Shown here in pieces: positions 43,464 through 50,264 of a DNA stretch of 50,264 nt. The stretch's first letter is position 1. Every line of letters begins with the position of its first letter. This stretch comes from Clostridiales bacterium (GTDB lineage: Bacteria > Bacillota > Clostridia > HGM11327): assembly GCA_015056475.1 (NCBI GenBank), contig SVGF01000001.1:1-50264 (forward strand). Reading direction: 5' to 3'. The notes below the pieces were generated by a model, which was not told where the DNA came from, did no database searches, and saw only the letters and a list, made by a program, of their open reading frames with translations. A program made the translations under genes and the position numbers.

Positions 43464-44735
43464 TCACGTCACTATAACCGATATTCCGTCGGGAATTGCC
43501 GTTATAGACGGGTTATCCTTTGCTAAGATTCTTTTAGCCTTTGCAATGGCATCCTCAATGGATGAGGCGGGCATCATGTGCATCTGTTCAACAACGTCAT
43601 CCTGCATATTTGAAACGTAAATAACGCTTGCCTTGCTTAAGACTCTCAGCATTATCTGCGTCTGCCATTGGTCGGGGACGGTTTCGTTTCGCTTACGGCT
43701 CAAGAACGTCTGCATAGTTTTGTTTATGTCCTTTTCGTCAGCAAGCTGATGATAAAAATGATCTCCGCCAATGCCGTCGTCGGAGGATGCCAGCATAATT
43801 ATCACGCCACCCTTCTTAACTGTTGCCTCTGCCGTGGTCATACCCTTTACCGCTTGATACATATTTTGATCCAAGGGATAACCGCCGTTTGTGGAGATTA
43901 CGATGTCTGCAGGTATCGCCCCAACCGCGCAAAGAGAGGATATAAAATCAGTTCCTTTTGCATGTGCCTGCTCAAAATCGCCTGCTACCGCATATATCGG
44001 CTCTTTTTTGGAATTCAACACTACGTTAACAATAAACGCCAGCCTTGCTTTTCTTGCAGCCCAAACCATGTCGCGGTGTATCGGATTGCCATCCAAAACG
44101 CCTGTTCTTGCATTTTTGTGGGCAATAAATTCCGAGCAATGATTGGCAAGCACCGTAGCTCTGCTTGCAACGCCGGGCAAAACGCTTTTTCTGCCGCCTG
44201 AAAAGCCTGCAAAAAAGTGGGGCTCAATAAAGCCCTCAGCCACAAGCAGATCAGCTTCATAAGCGATCCTGTTGATCTTGCATTGCCCACCCGACGGCAG
44301 AATGCCTATATCAACAAGATTATCCTCATCATCACAATCGTGAACGATTATCTTTTCGCTTTCAACGATATCCTCGCCAAATTTGGCAATAAGCTCCTGC
44401 TTCGTCGTTCCTCTGTGACAGCCCGTTGCAATGAGAATGGTAATATCTGCATCGGGATTCCCGCATCGTATTTCATTCAGCATTTTGGGGATAATGATCT
44501 TGCTCGGCACGGGGCGAGTATGGTCACTTGCAATTATTACAACGTTTTTCTTGCCCTTTGCAAGCTCGCAAAGTGTTTTACTGCCTATCGGAGAGTCCAT
44601 TGCAGTTTTTACGAGTGCATCACCACCAAGCTCGGGTGTATATTCCTCAATAGATGACGTTAGCACACCCAAAAGCTCATCACCAAACTCATGCTCCAGA
44701 TGTCCCTTCCCGTAAAGAAAAGAAATTTTTTCCAT
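43464..44735 (-). CDS. larA: LarA-family nickel-pincer-cofactor-dependent 2-hydroxyacid racemase/epimerase
   Basis: SDHTRPVPS, ATGCHR, EPHFFAGFSGGRKSVLPG (tether Lys) and ANH motifs. These align with my recollection of Lactiplantibacillus plantarum LarA. Confidence 0.8.
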   Translation of the reverse strand: MEKISFLYGKGHLEHEFGDELLGVLTSSIEEYTPELGGDALVKTAMDSPIGSKTLCELAKGKKNVVIIASDHTRPVPSKIIIPKMLNEIRCGNPDADITILIATGCHRGTTKQELIAKFGEDIVESEKIIVHDCDDEDNLVDIGILPSGGQCKINRIAYEADLLVAEGFIEPHFFAGFSGGRKSVLPGVASRATVLANHCSEFIAHKNARTGVLDGNPIHRDMVWAARKARLAFIVNVVLNSKKEPIYAVAGDFEQAHAKGTDFISSLCAVGAIPADIVISTNGGYPLDQNMYQAVKGMTTAEATVKKGGVIIMLASSDDGIGGDHFYHQLADEKDINKTMQTFLSRKRNETVPDQWQTQIMLRVLSKASVIYVSNMQDDVVEQMHMMPASSIEDAIAKAKRILAKDNPSITAIPDGISVIVT

Positions 44736-44769
44736 CTTTATTCTCCCACTTCCTTATATTGTACTTACG

Positions 44770-44798
44770 TATTGTACCATAAAGAGCTGTGTTTTTCA
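44770..44798 (-). promoter_or_regulatory. Promoter of larA
   Basis: On the minus strand: TTGAAA, a 17-bp spacer, then TGgTACAAT. Confidence 0.55.
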
Positions 44799-44890
44799 AT
44801 ATAAAATAAAAAGCTTTTCGTCCGAAGGAAGAAAAGCTACCACGATTATTTATAGCAAAGGGATCTTATCCTATAAAGTTGGATTAAATT

Positions 44891-44922
44891 GAAAAAAACT
44901 AACGCTGATGCGTTAGTTTTTT
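44891..44922. terminator. Bidirectional hairpin terminator at the left edge of the AT-rich island
   Basis: AAAAAAACTAACGC-TGAT-GCGTTAGTTTTTTT. Confidence 0.7.
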
Positions 44923-44924
44923 TG

Positions 44925-44946
44925 AGTTACCAAAACAATTTCGAAC
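44925..44946 (+). repeat. Left copy of the island-flanking direct repeat
   Basis: GTTACCAAAACAATTTCGAACC matches GTCACCCCAACAATTTCGAACC at 50063-50084 at 19 of 22 positions. The exact shared core is the 14-nt AACAATTTCGAACC. Confidence 0.5.
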
Positions 44947-45102
44947 CTGAATTTATATATAAATATTCAAGAGTTATTAATGATACGTAAAACAGAAAGT
45001 AACGAAAGAACTCCCCAATGGCCGAGAACAAACTATCTAATTAACTGTTTTTTCCGCCTTAGAATGTTTCTTTTTTCTTTCAAATATCATTATTATTCTT
45101 AA

Positions 45103-46641
45103 TTACTCACCCAGTTTTATGACCACATATTCGTCAATGACTTTAACCGAACCATTATTGGGCCAAACCGGCATCTGTACAACTTCGGGCAACTGCCCAA
45201 CCAGATTAAGTTCCTCGCCATCAATCTTTATCGGACGATGTCCCAAATAATGATAGACCCAATATATTTTGGAGTATTGATTAAGCATAGTTGCAACATC
45301 GGTCTGACCACCGTATAAGTGTTTTTCTCCCCATGGACGTTGGTTAAAATAAGTACTGTCTGTTGTGCCGACAAAAGCCCAACGCTTGTCGGTAGTATAT
45401 CCATCCGCCATATGAATCTGTGTTATGATAGAATTCATGGTGTTTTCAACCTGTCTATTTGTAAAGTACATCGAGGAATAGTTTATGTTTGCAAAATAGG
45501 AATTAAAGAATATAATTACAGCCAAAATTCCTATGCTTATAGCACTAAATACTTTCGTTCCTTTCCCAAATGCTTTTTCTTTCTGTGGCACATCCCATAA
45601 TACTATGGGGACAAACAATAAAAGTGAAAACGGTAAAACCATAAGTGTGTATACCTGTGCTGCACCCATCAGCACGATCAAATTGATCGCTAATGGAAGT
45701 AACACACACAAAGTTATTGTAATAATTATATCCAATGGTTTCTTCTTGTTCTTTTTTAACAAGATTATTATCATAGTTAACGATATCAATGCAAGAGTAA
45801 GATATGATAACCTTAAAATGGGACTCGTTGCCAAACTACAGTAATCTTTTACCGGCAACAGTACAAACTCTTTCACAGCTTTAAAGACAAGTGTCGGTAG
45901 TTCGCTCAAAGGTAGTTTTCCCATATTGCTTATGCCTTGATAATCAAGCAATGTGGTATTTGTGTTTTTGAGCATTACCTTTAAAACTACAAAATACTCT
46001 ATCAAACCGACACACATTGTGCCTAAATAAACAAACCCTTTTTTTATAATGTTCTTTGCTTTAGTCTCTTTTTCTACCGCTTTTTTTATCAACAATATTA
46101 AATATATGGATACTACCCATGGAAAATATGCTTGATATATTCCAAGAGTTAAAGCAATGAGTACGGTTGATATAGAAAAACCATAACGCCACCTATCTGT
46201 TACCCATACCGCAATTACTCCTAACAAGATTGCCAATCCGTAATGGGGGGCTGTGTACTTAAAAAACAAAACAACGGTAATCGATGGAAAAGAGACAAGC
46301 CCCGCCCCAATAATACTCGCAAACAATTTGTTCTTGATACCAAAAGCAGAAACTAAAAATGCGACTGTTAAACTAATCAACAACAGAAAAACCAAGCCAT
46401 TAACCCATGGCAAGTTAAAATTTCCGGTAGTATCATCACCAATTCTTTTTAAAATATACAAAAACCATCTGCCGGACGGTAGTGATGTTCCGACACCAGC
46501 AGGCTGTACTGCGATGTCATCATAATTATGTATTGAGTTAGTAAGGACAAACAGGTGAACTATCAAACCGAAAATTATTGTGGTTGTCATCGCCGTGAAT
46601 GCAGGAGTTTTTTTATAATCATTTATCCATTTATTTATCAT
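45103..46641 (-). CDS. Polytopic membrane glycosyltransferase, GtrII/glucosyltransferase-domain-like
   Basis: 512 aa with more than 10 hydrophobic segments. It is the last gene of the GtrB-GtrA operon and overlaps gtrA in an ATGA arrangement. It has an N-terminal HNYDDIA...SGRWF segment. The family call comes from context plus pattern. Confidence 0.55.
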   Translation of the reverse strand: MINKWINDYKKTPAFTAMTTTIIFGLIVHLFVLTNSIHNYDDIAVQPAGVGTSLPSGRWFLYILKRIGDDTTGNFNLPWVNGLVFLLLISLTVAFLVSAFGIKNKLFASIIGAGLVSFPSITVVLFFKYTAPHYGLAILLGVIAVWVTDRWRYGFSISTVLIALTLGIYQAYFPWVVSIYLILLIKKAVEKETKAKNIIKKGFVYLGTMCVGLIEYFVVLKVMLKNTNTTLLDYQGISNMGKLPLSELPTLVFKAVKEFVLLPVKDYCSLATSPILRLSYLTLALISLTMIIILLKKNKKKPLDIIITITLCVLLPLAINLIVLMGAAQVYTLMVLPFSLLLFVPIVLWDVPQKEKAFGKGTKVFSAISIGILAVIIFFNSYFANINYSSMYFTNRQVENTMNSIITQIHMADGYTTDKRWAFVGTTDSTYFNQRPWGEKHLYGGQTDVATMLNQYSKIYWVYHYLGHRPIKIDGEELNLVGQLPEVVQMPVWPNNGSVKVIDEYVVIKLGE

Positions 46642-47105
46642 TTTGACTTCCCTTTTCTGAAAACAACAATCTTAGAAAAAATATAATTAAGCACCAAAAC
46701 CGCAAACTGTGCACATACTTTTACGCCAACGCTGTTGAATTTCAATACCACAGCAAAGACAAGCAATAGTATTTCTTCTATGACAAGCGTCGCAACTCGT
46801 GCGCCTGCAAACAACGCTGCTTCTTTTAATGCGCCTCCGCCCTTGACTGAAGAATTAAATACCCATTTTTTGTTTGTAAAATACGCAAACGATACGGCTA
46901 AAACCCATGATATTACGTTCGTTGTCATTATATCCAAACCTATAACTTTTTCACAAAAAACAAATGAGAAGATACTAACTAAAGTTGTTAATGCACCAAA
47001 AAACAAATATAAAAATATTCCCTTGTATTTTTTGTAAAACGGGTATATAATTCTGATAAGAGGCAGATTAAATATTTTATCAAATATGTCCATGATAATT
47101 ATCAT
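46638..47105 (-). CDS. GtrA-family small membrane protein (lipid-linked sugar flippase type)
   Basis: Four TM segments and the FTNKKWVF motif typical of GtrA-like proteins. The start is uncertain (47105 or 47093). The longer ORF-track start overlaps gtrB extensively. Confidence 0.7.
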   Translation of the reverse strand: MIIIMDIFDKIFNLPLIRIIYPFYKKYKGIFLYLFFGALTTLVSIFSFVFCEKVIGLDIMTTNVISWVLAVSFAYFTNKKWVFNSSVKGGGALKEAALFAGARVATLVIEEILLLVFAVVLKFNSVGVKVCAQFAVLVLNYIFSKIVVFRKGKSK

Positions 47106-48045
47106 CGGTTTCTTTTTCCGAAGTTTTATACTCTTTAACAATAAAAATAGGACGGTTTTTTCCTTGGAAATACACTTTTGCGAGGTATGATCCCAACGCC
47201 CCAAAACAAATCAACTGTATTCCGCCGATCAGAAGCATTAAAACTACAACTACAGCATATCCAGGTATCGCTATTCCAATGATAAATTTTTGAAGCACCA
47301 CTACAATTAAATACAACAATGATAATAGCAAACAAACAACACCAATAATTGTCGAAATCTGTAGAGGAAAGGCTGTAAACGCTGTAATTCCGCCTAAGGC
47401 ATATTTTACAAGTTTTTGAAATGACCACGATGTCTCTCCTGCATTTCTTTCTGAGACTTCGTACGGCATATAGTGAGTTTTAAATCCAACCCACGAAAAA
47501 ATGCCTTTCATAAAACGATAACTCTCCTTACAACTTAAAATAGCATTACGAACGGGTTTTCTAAATGTTCTAAAATCACTCGCGCCTGATTTAAAATCAA
47601 CATCGCACATCTGGTTGATCAATTTATAAAACATATTTTTGCATTTTACAACGAGTTTGTGTTCTTTTCTATTTTCCTGGTATGCCGCAACGCAATCATA
47701 GTCGGCATTGTTGTCAAGAATACTTACCATTTGCAAAACTGTTTCAGGGCGTTGCTGCAAATCTGTGTCAATTATACAAGTATAATCACCATCAGCATAT
47801 TGTAATCCAGCATACATCGCAGCTTCCTTCCCGAAATTTCTGGAAAAATTTACTATCTTTACAACATACTTTGCTTTTGCTAAAATTATGTTTAATTTTT
47901 CAAGCGTGTTATCGAAACTGCCATCGTTTATAAAAATAAACTCTGCGTCGTTTATTACGGGTCCAAACACCTTCTCGCATGTATCGTAAAACTTTTCGAC
48001 ATTATCTCCTTCGTTATAGCAAGGACAAACAAGTGACAATTTCAA
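47080..48045 (-). CDS. GT2 polyprenol-phosphate glycosyltransferase (GtrB/CsbB-like)
   Basis: SLVCPCYNEGDN at the N-terminus, the DxD motif IIDTDLQ, and two C-terminal TM helices. The start is a TTG at 48045 with GGAGGG 8 nt upstream. Confidence 0.8.
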   Translation of the reverse strand: MKLSLVCPCYNEGDNVEKFYDTCEKVFGPVINDAEFIFINDGSFDNTLEKLNIILAKAKYVVKIVNFSRNFGKEAAMYAGLQYADGDYTCIIDTDLQQRPETVLQMVSILDNNADYDCVAAYQENRKEHKLVVKCKNMFYKLINQMCDVDFKSGASDFRTFRKPVRNAILSCKESYRFMKGIFSWVGFKTHYMPYEVSERNAGETSWSFQKLVKYALGGITAFTAFPLQISTIIGVVCLLLSLLYLIVVVLQKFIIGIAIPGYAVVVVLMLLIGGIQLICFGALGSYLAKVYFQGKNRPIFIVKEYKTSEKETDDNYHGHI

Positions 48046-48048
48046 AAC

Positions 48049-48258
48049 TCAATCCCTCCAATATATTTCAAAATATGTTTTAGATCCACCATTAAAATTT
48101 AGAGCAAGACCTCTTTCAAAATCTGCAAGCGTAATTCCGCAATCAGTAAGCACTTCATTATCAAAAAAATCAGTAAAGGCAGGAAACATTTTTGGATCAT
48201 CTTCTAATAAAGAAATGAATTCATCTACAAATTCCTTATATTCTTCATCTTTACTCAT
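48049..48258 (-). CDS. Small acidic hypothetical protein (69 aa)
   Basis: An uninterrupted ORF in AT-rich DNA. Its last codons contain the gtrB RBS, which suggests translational coupling. I recognised no family. Confidence 0.45.
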   Translation of the reverse strand: MSKDEEYKEFVDEFISLLEDDPKMFPAFTDFFDNEVLTDCGITLADFERGLALNFNGGSKTYFEIYWRD

Positions 48259-48265
48259 AAGGCTC

Positions 48266-48460
48266 TTAATATAACTTACGATCCATCATAGAGTTTGTCT
48301 CGTTATCATCAACAATTAGTTCGGGTGTTGCATACCCATTATATTGCGATGAATACTCAATGGTTATGTAGTCTTGAATATCTACAACCGATAAAGAACA
48401 GCCTGCAAAAATAAGCATAAACACAATAAATACACTCATAAGTAAAGTGATTTTGTTCAA
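48266..48460 (-). CDS. Small putative lipoprotein (64 aa)
   Basis: Signal peptide with the lipobox FAGC. The start is a TTG that overlaps the stop of a 29-codon upstream mini-ORF. There is no clear RBS. Confidence 0.35.
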   Translation of the reverse strand: MNKITLLMSVFIVFMLIFAGCSLSVVDIQDYITIEYSSQYNGYATPELIVDDNETNSMMDRKLY

Positions 48461-48592
48461 ACATATAGATTTGCATTTCTTATGTAATGCTTTGCGTCTT
48501 CATTTAAGAATTCAAAAATTCTTTTACCACAGTTTTTAAAATTCATACTTTCTATCCTAAATTCTGTTGTTATGAATTACTCCTAATAGAAT

Positions 48593-48618
48593 TACTACAT
48601 ATTTCTGATTATGTAGTA
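48593..48618. repeat. Recombinase core-type site L (9-bp arm / 8-bp spacer / 9-bp arm)
   Basis: TACTACATA-TTTCTGAT-TATGTAGTA. The two arms are perfect inverted repeats. Confidence 0.6.
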
Positions 48619-48845
48619 TAAATAAGAGAAAATTTATTCAAAAAAGTACAACATGATTCAAAAAACATAAAATACCACGACAAACAGACCAACAAAAAAG
48701 TATTTCATTTCGTTGGTCAATTCACCATGCTTGAATGGGTAAAATCTTAACTTTTATTAGATTTTACTGCTTTTTCTATTTACAAAATAAGTAAAAAATG
48801 GTATAATTATGTCAAATAATATATGAAATTACTACATAATCAGAA
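48603..48845. mobile_element. Candidate invertible DNA segment (inverton) carrying a promoter
   Basis: Perfect 16-bp inverted repeats: TTCTGATTATGTAGTA at 48603-48618 and TACTACATAATCAGAA at 48830-48845. They are separated by 211 bp, and a tyrosine recombinase gene lies immediately adjacent. Confidence 0.6.
48779..48807 (+). promoter_or_regulatory. Near-consensus promoter inside the invertible segment
   Basis: TTTACA (48779-48784), a 17-bp spacer, then TGgTATAAT (-10 at 48802-48807). It currently faces away from the minus-strand glycosylation operon. Confidence 0.6.
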
Positions 48846-48855
48846 TTATGTAATT
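48830..48855. repeat. Recombinase core-type site R
   Basis: TACTACATA-ATCAGAAT-TATGTAATT. The spacer is the reverse complement of the L spacer at 7 of 8 positions. The site overlaps the recombinase stop codon. Confidence 0.6.
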
Positions 48856-49694
48856 AGAATGTCGTTTTGAAGCAGACCCAACCTTTGGATCTGCTTTTGG
48901 TGTATTTCACCACTTTCTATTGTGTATATTCGAGTTGTGTTTATGCTGCTGTGACCGAGAATATCAGCTAATCTGACAATATCCTTTTGTATACTATAAT
49001 ATGTACGAGCAAATAAGTGTCTCAGATTGTGAGGAAATACTTTTTTATCAGATACACCTGCAGCCTTGCACAATTTCTTCATATCGGACCAAATATTCGA
49101 ACGGTTTAACGGATTCCCAGACTTTGTAATAAAAATAGGTCCCGAAGTAATATTTCTATCCTTTGAGTATTTAGATAAGACTTTACACAACTGCTTTGGA
49201 AAGAATACGGTTCTGTATTTACCCTTATTTTTAATTTCTGTATATCCATTTTTCAGTGATTCGAGAGTTATATATTTTAATTCAGATACACGAATTCCTG
49301 TACTGCATATCGTTTGCATTAACAGGTAGAGCCGTGTATTATTTTTTGCTGCGAACAGTAACCGTTCATATTCGTTTTTAGTCAATTCAGTTTCTTTGGA
49401 GGAAAACATCTTTCTTTGGATTTTTATGTTCTTTACTCTTAATTCGTACCATTCCATAATCGAAAAGAATTTGTTTAAGGAGGAGAGGATTGAATTTACA
49501 CTTGCTGGTGCGTAGTTTTCTATTAGGTATGATTTATAAGTAAGGACATCTTTCTTTTCAAATTCATTATTAGGTAACCATTTAATAAAAACTGTTATAT
49601 CATGGATGTATTTGCTGATTGTGGCAGATGATTTTTCTTCTTCTAACAAATATTGGTGGAAGCTTTCGATTTGTGTTGGGTCAATATATCGCAT
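48846..49694 (-). CDS. Tyrosine recombinase (XerC/XerD/integrase family, 282 aa)
   Basis: Catalytic signature residues are present: TGIRVSEL (Arg), HNLRHLFA (HxxR), LGHSSINTT (His) and RIYT (Tyr). There is an N-terminal SAM-like core-binding domain and no obvious arm-binding domain. Confidence 0.85.
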   Translation of the reverse strand: MRYIDPTQIESFHQYLLEEEKSSATISKYIHDITVFIKWLPNNEFEKKDVLTYKSYLIENYAPASVNSILSSLNKFFSIMEWYELRVKNIKIQRKMFSSKETELTKNEYERLLFAAKNNTRLYLLMQTICSTGIRVSELKYITLESLKNGYTEIKNKGKYRTVFFPKQLCKVLSKYSKDRNITSGPIFITKSGNPLNRSNIWSDMKKLCKAAGVSDKKVFPHNLRHLFARTYYSIQKDIVRLADILGHSSINTTRIYTIESGEIHQKQIQRLGLLQNDILIT

Positions 49695-49920
49695 AAGTGG
49701 AATATCCTTTTTTGATTTTATTGTAACACAAATTTATCCGGAAATAACAAAAACCTCCACACGGGTAAAGGTTTTCAAAAACAATAATGGTGTTAATCAC
49801 GAAAAATAGATTTGTGGGATAGTATATAGGCAAAGCGAAGAGTCGTTGTCATCCCTCTCTAACTGGAATATATAATTTAAAAAGCTTTTCACCCTACGTG
49901 GAGAAAAGCACAACGATTTT

Positions 49921-50018
49921 TCATTCTTCATCAGCGAAGCGACTTCATTCTTCATTATTCATTCAAAATCCGCTTGCGGTAAATGAATAATGAATGATGA
50001 AAAATGAATAGTGAATAA
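49921..50018. repeat. Inverted arrays of a tandem heptamer (TTCATTC-type on the left, ATGAATR-type on the right)
   Basis: The left side reads TTCATTC TTCATCA ... TTCATTC TTCATTA TTCATTC. The right side reads ATGAATA ATGAATG ATGAAAA ATGAATA GTGAATA. The arrays flank a small CCGC-TTG-CGG hairpin. Confidence 0.6.
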
Positions 50019-50026
50019 TACAAACA

Positions 50027-50058
50027 AAAATCCGCCTTCTTTCGAAAGCGGATTTTGT
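50027..50058. terminator. Hairpin terminator at the right edge of the island
   Basis: AAAATCCGC-N12-GCGGATTTT followed by GT. The loop contains the palindrome CTTTCGAAAG. Confidence 0.6.
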
Positions 50059-50062
50059 ATGT

Positions 50063-50084
50063 GTCACCCCAACAATTTCGAACC
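50063..50084 (+). repeat. Right copy of the island-flanking direct repeat
   Basis: GTCACCCCAACAATTTCGAACC. See 44925-44946. Confidence 0.5.
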
Positions 50085-50264
50085 CTTATATTTTATATGG
50101 TTGAAAACTGCTCCGTTCTTTTATCTGTACGGCGATAGGTATATTCATCGTCACCGCATCCCTGCAAAACGATCTCATCATCAGTATAGCGTTTAACACA
50201 CCACATAAGACCTTTTGTTGTCATAAGGCACTTTCCAAGCTCACATTGCTCTGTCGGAATTTTT

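Noticed and set aside
44925-44946. Possible tRNA 3-prime end, because of GGTTCGAAA on the minus strand (also at 50063-50084)
   Set aside because: The sequences flanking the TTCGAAA loop are not complementary (AAGGG versus TTGTT and similar). No acceptor stem or CCA context is present. I found no cloverleaf.
48619-48778. Second, oppositely oriented promoter inside the invertible segment (TTGAAT-17-AATAAA on the minus strand, about 48640-48672)
   Set aside because: The -10 match is poor, so I do not consider it supported. If it were real, the switch would be a bidirectional toggle rather than ON/OFF.
50150-50263. Minus-strand reading frame running off the right edge (…KIPTEQCELGKCLMTTKGLMWCVKRYTDDEIVLQGMR stop)
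   Set aside because: Only 37 codons are visible and I recognised no motif, so I cannot separate a real C-terminus from chance. The plus-strand ORF 50011..50196 crosses a terminator hairpin and is likewise unsupported.

Overview
This is about 50 kb of chromosomal DNA that looks like a moderately AT-rich Firmicutes/Clostridia genome. The evidence is the ecfA1-ecfA2-ecfT-truA arrangement, AGGAGG-type ribosome-binding sites, TTGACA-17-TGnTATAAT promoters and frequent hairpin+T-run terminators; taxonomy is inferred only from these. Contents from left to right: hairpin-rich repeats and a small membrane-protein gene; the ECF transporter energizing module with truA and two HAD phosphatases; a GH29 fucosidase; a lipoprotein PPIase with a two-component system; a tightly packed 9-kb minus-strand operon (DUF1801-like, pfkB, nagA, MBL hydrolase, polA, coaE, ahcY, mtaD); a five-gene plus-strand corrinoid methyltransferase operon (MT1-like, corrinoid protein, MtaA-like MT2, RACE-type reductive activator, beta-helix glycosidase-like protein); a GH27 alpha-galactosidase fused to a rhodanese domain; a complete nine-gene pyrimidine operon (pyrC-carA-carB-pyrK-pyrD-pyrF-pyrE-pyrB-pyrI); an AT-rich orphan membrane-protein gene flanked by GC-rich palindromic elements; a GH172 (DUF2961) gene; hom; an SGNH esterase-GH29-GNAT cluster and a LarA homolog; and an AT-rich ~5-kb island with a GtrB/GtrA/GtrII-like glycosylation operon and a tyrosine recombinase. 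The four most notable observations are: (1) a ~240-bp candidate invertible promoter, bounded by perfect 16-bp inverted repeats with recombinase core-site architecture, between the recombinase gene and the glycosylation operon and currently facing away from the operon; (2) the corrinoid methyltransferase operon co-transcribed with a glycosidase-like gene, with no pterin-type methyltransferase visible; (3) a full-length CarA in which both the catalytic Cys and the catalytic His of the glutaminase triad are substituted; (4) several families of intergenic palindromic and tandem repeats. I recognised no rRNA, tRNA or CRISPR array. All protein-family calls rest on motifs read from the translations, not on database searches.
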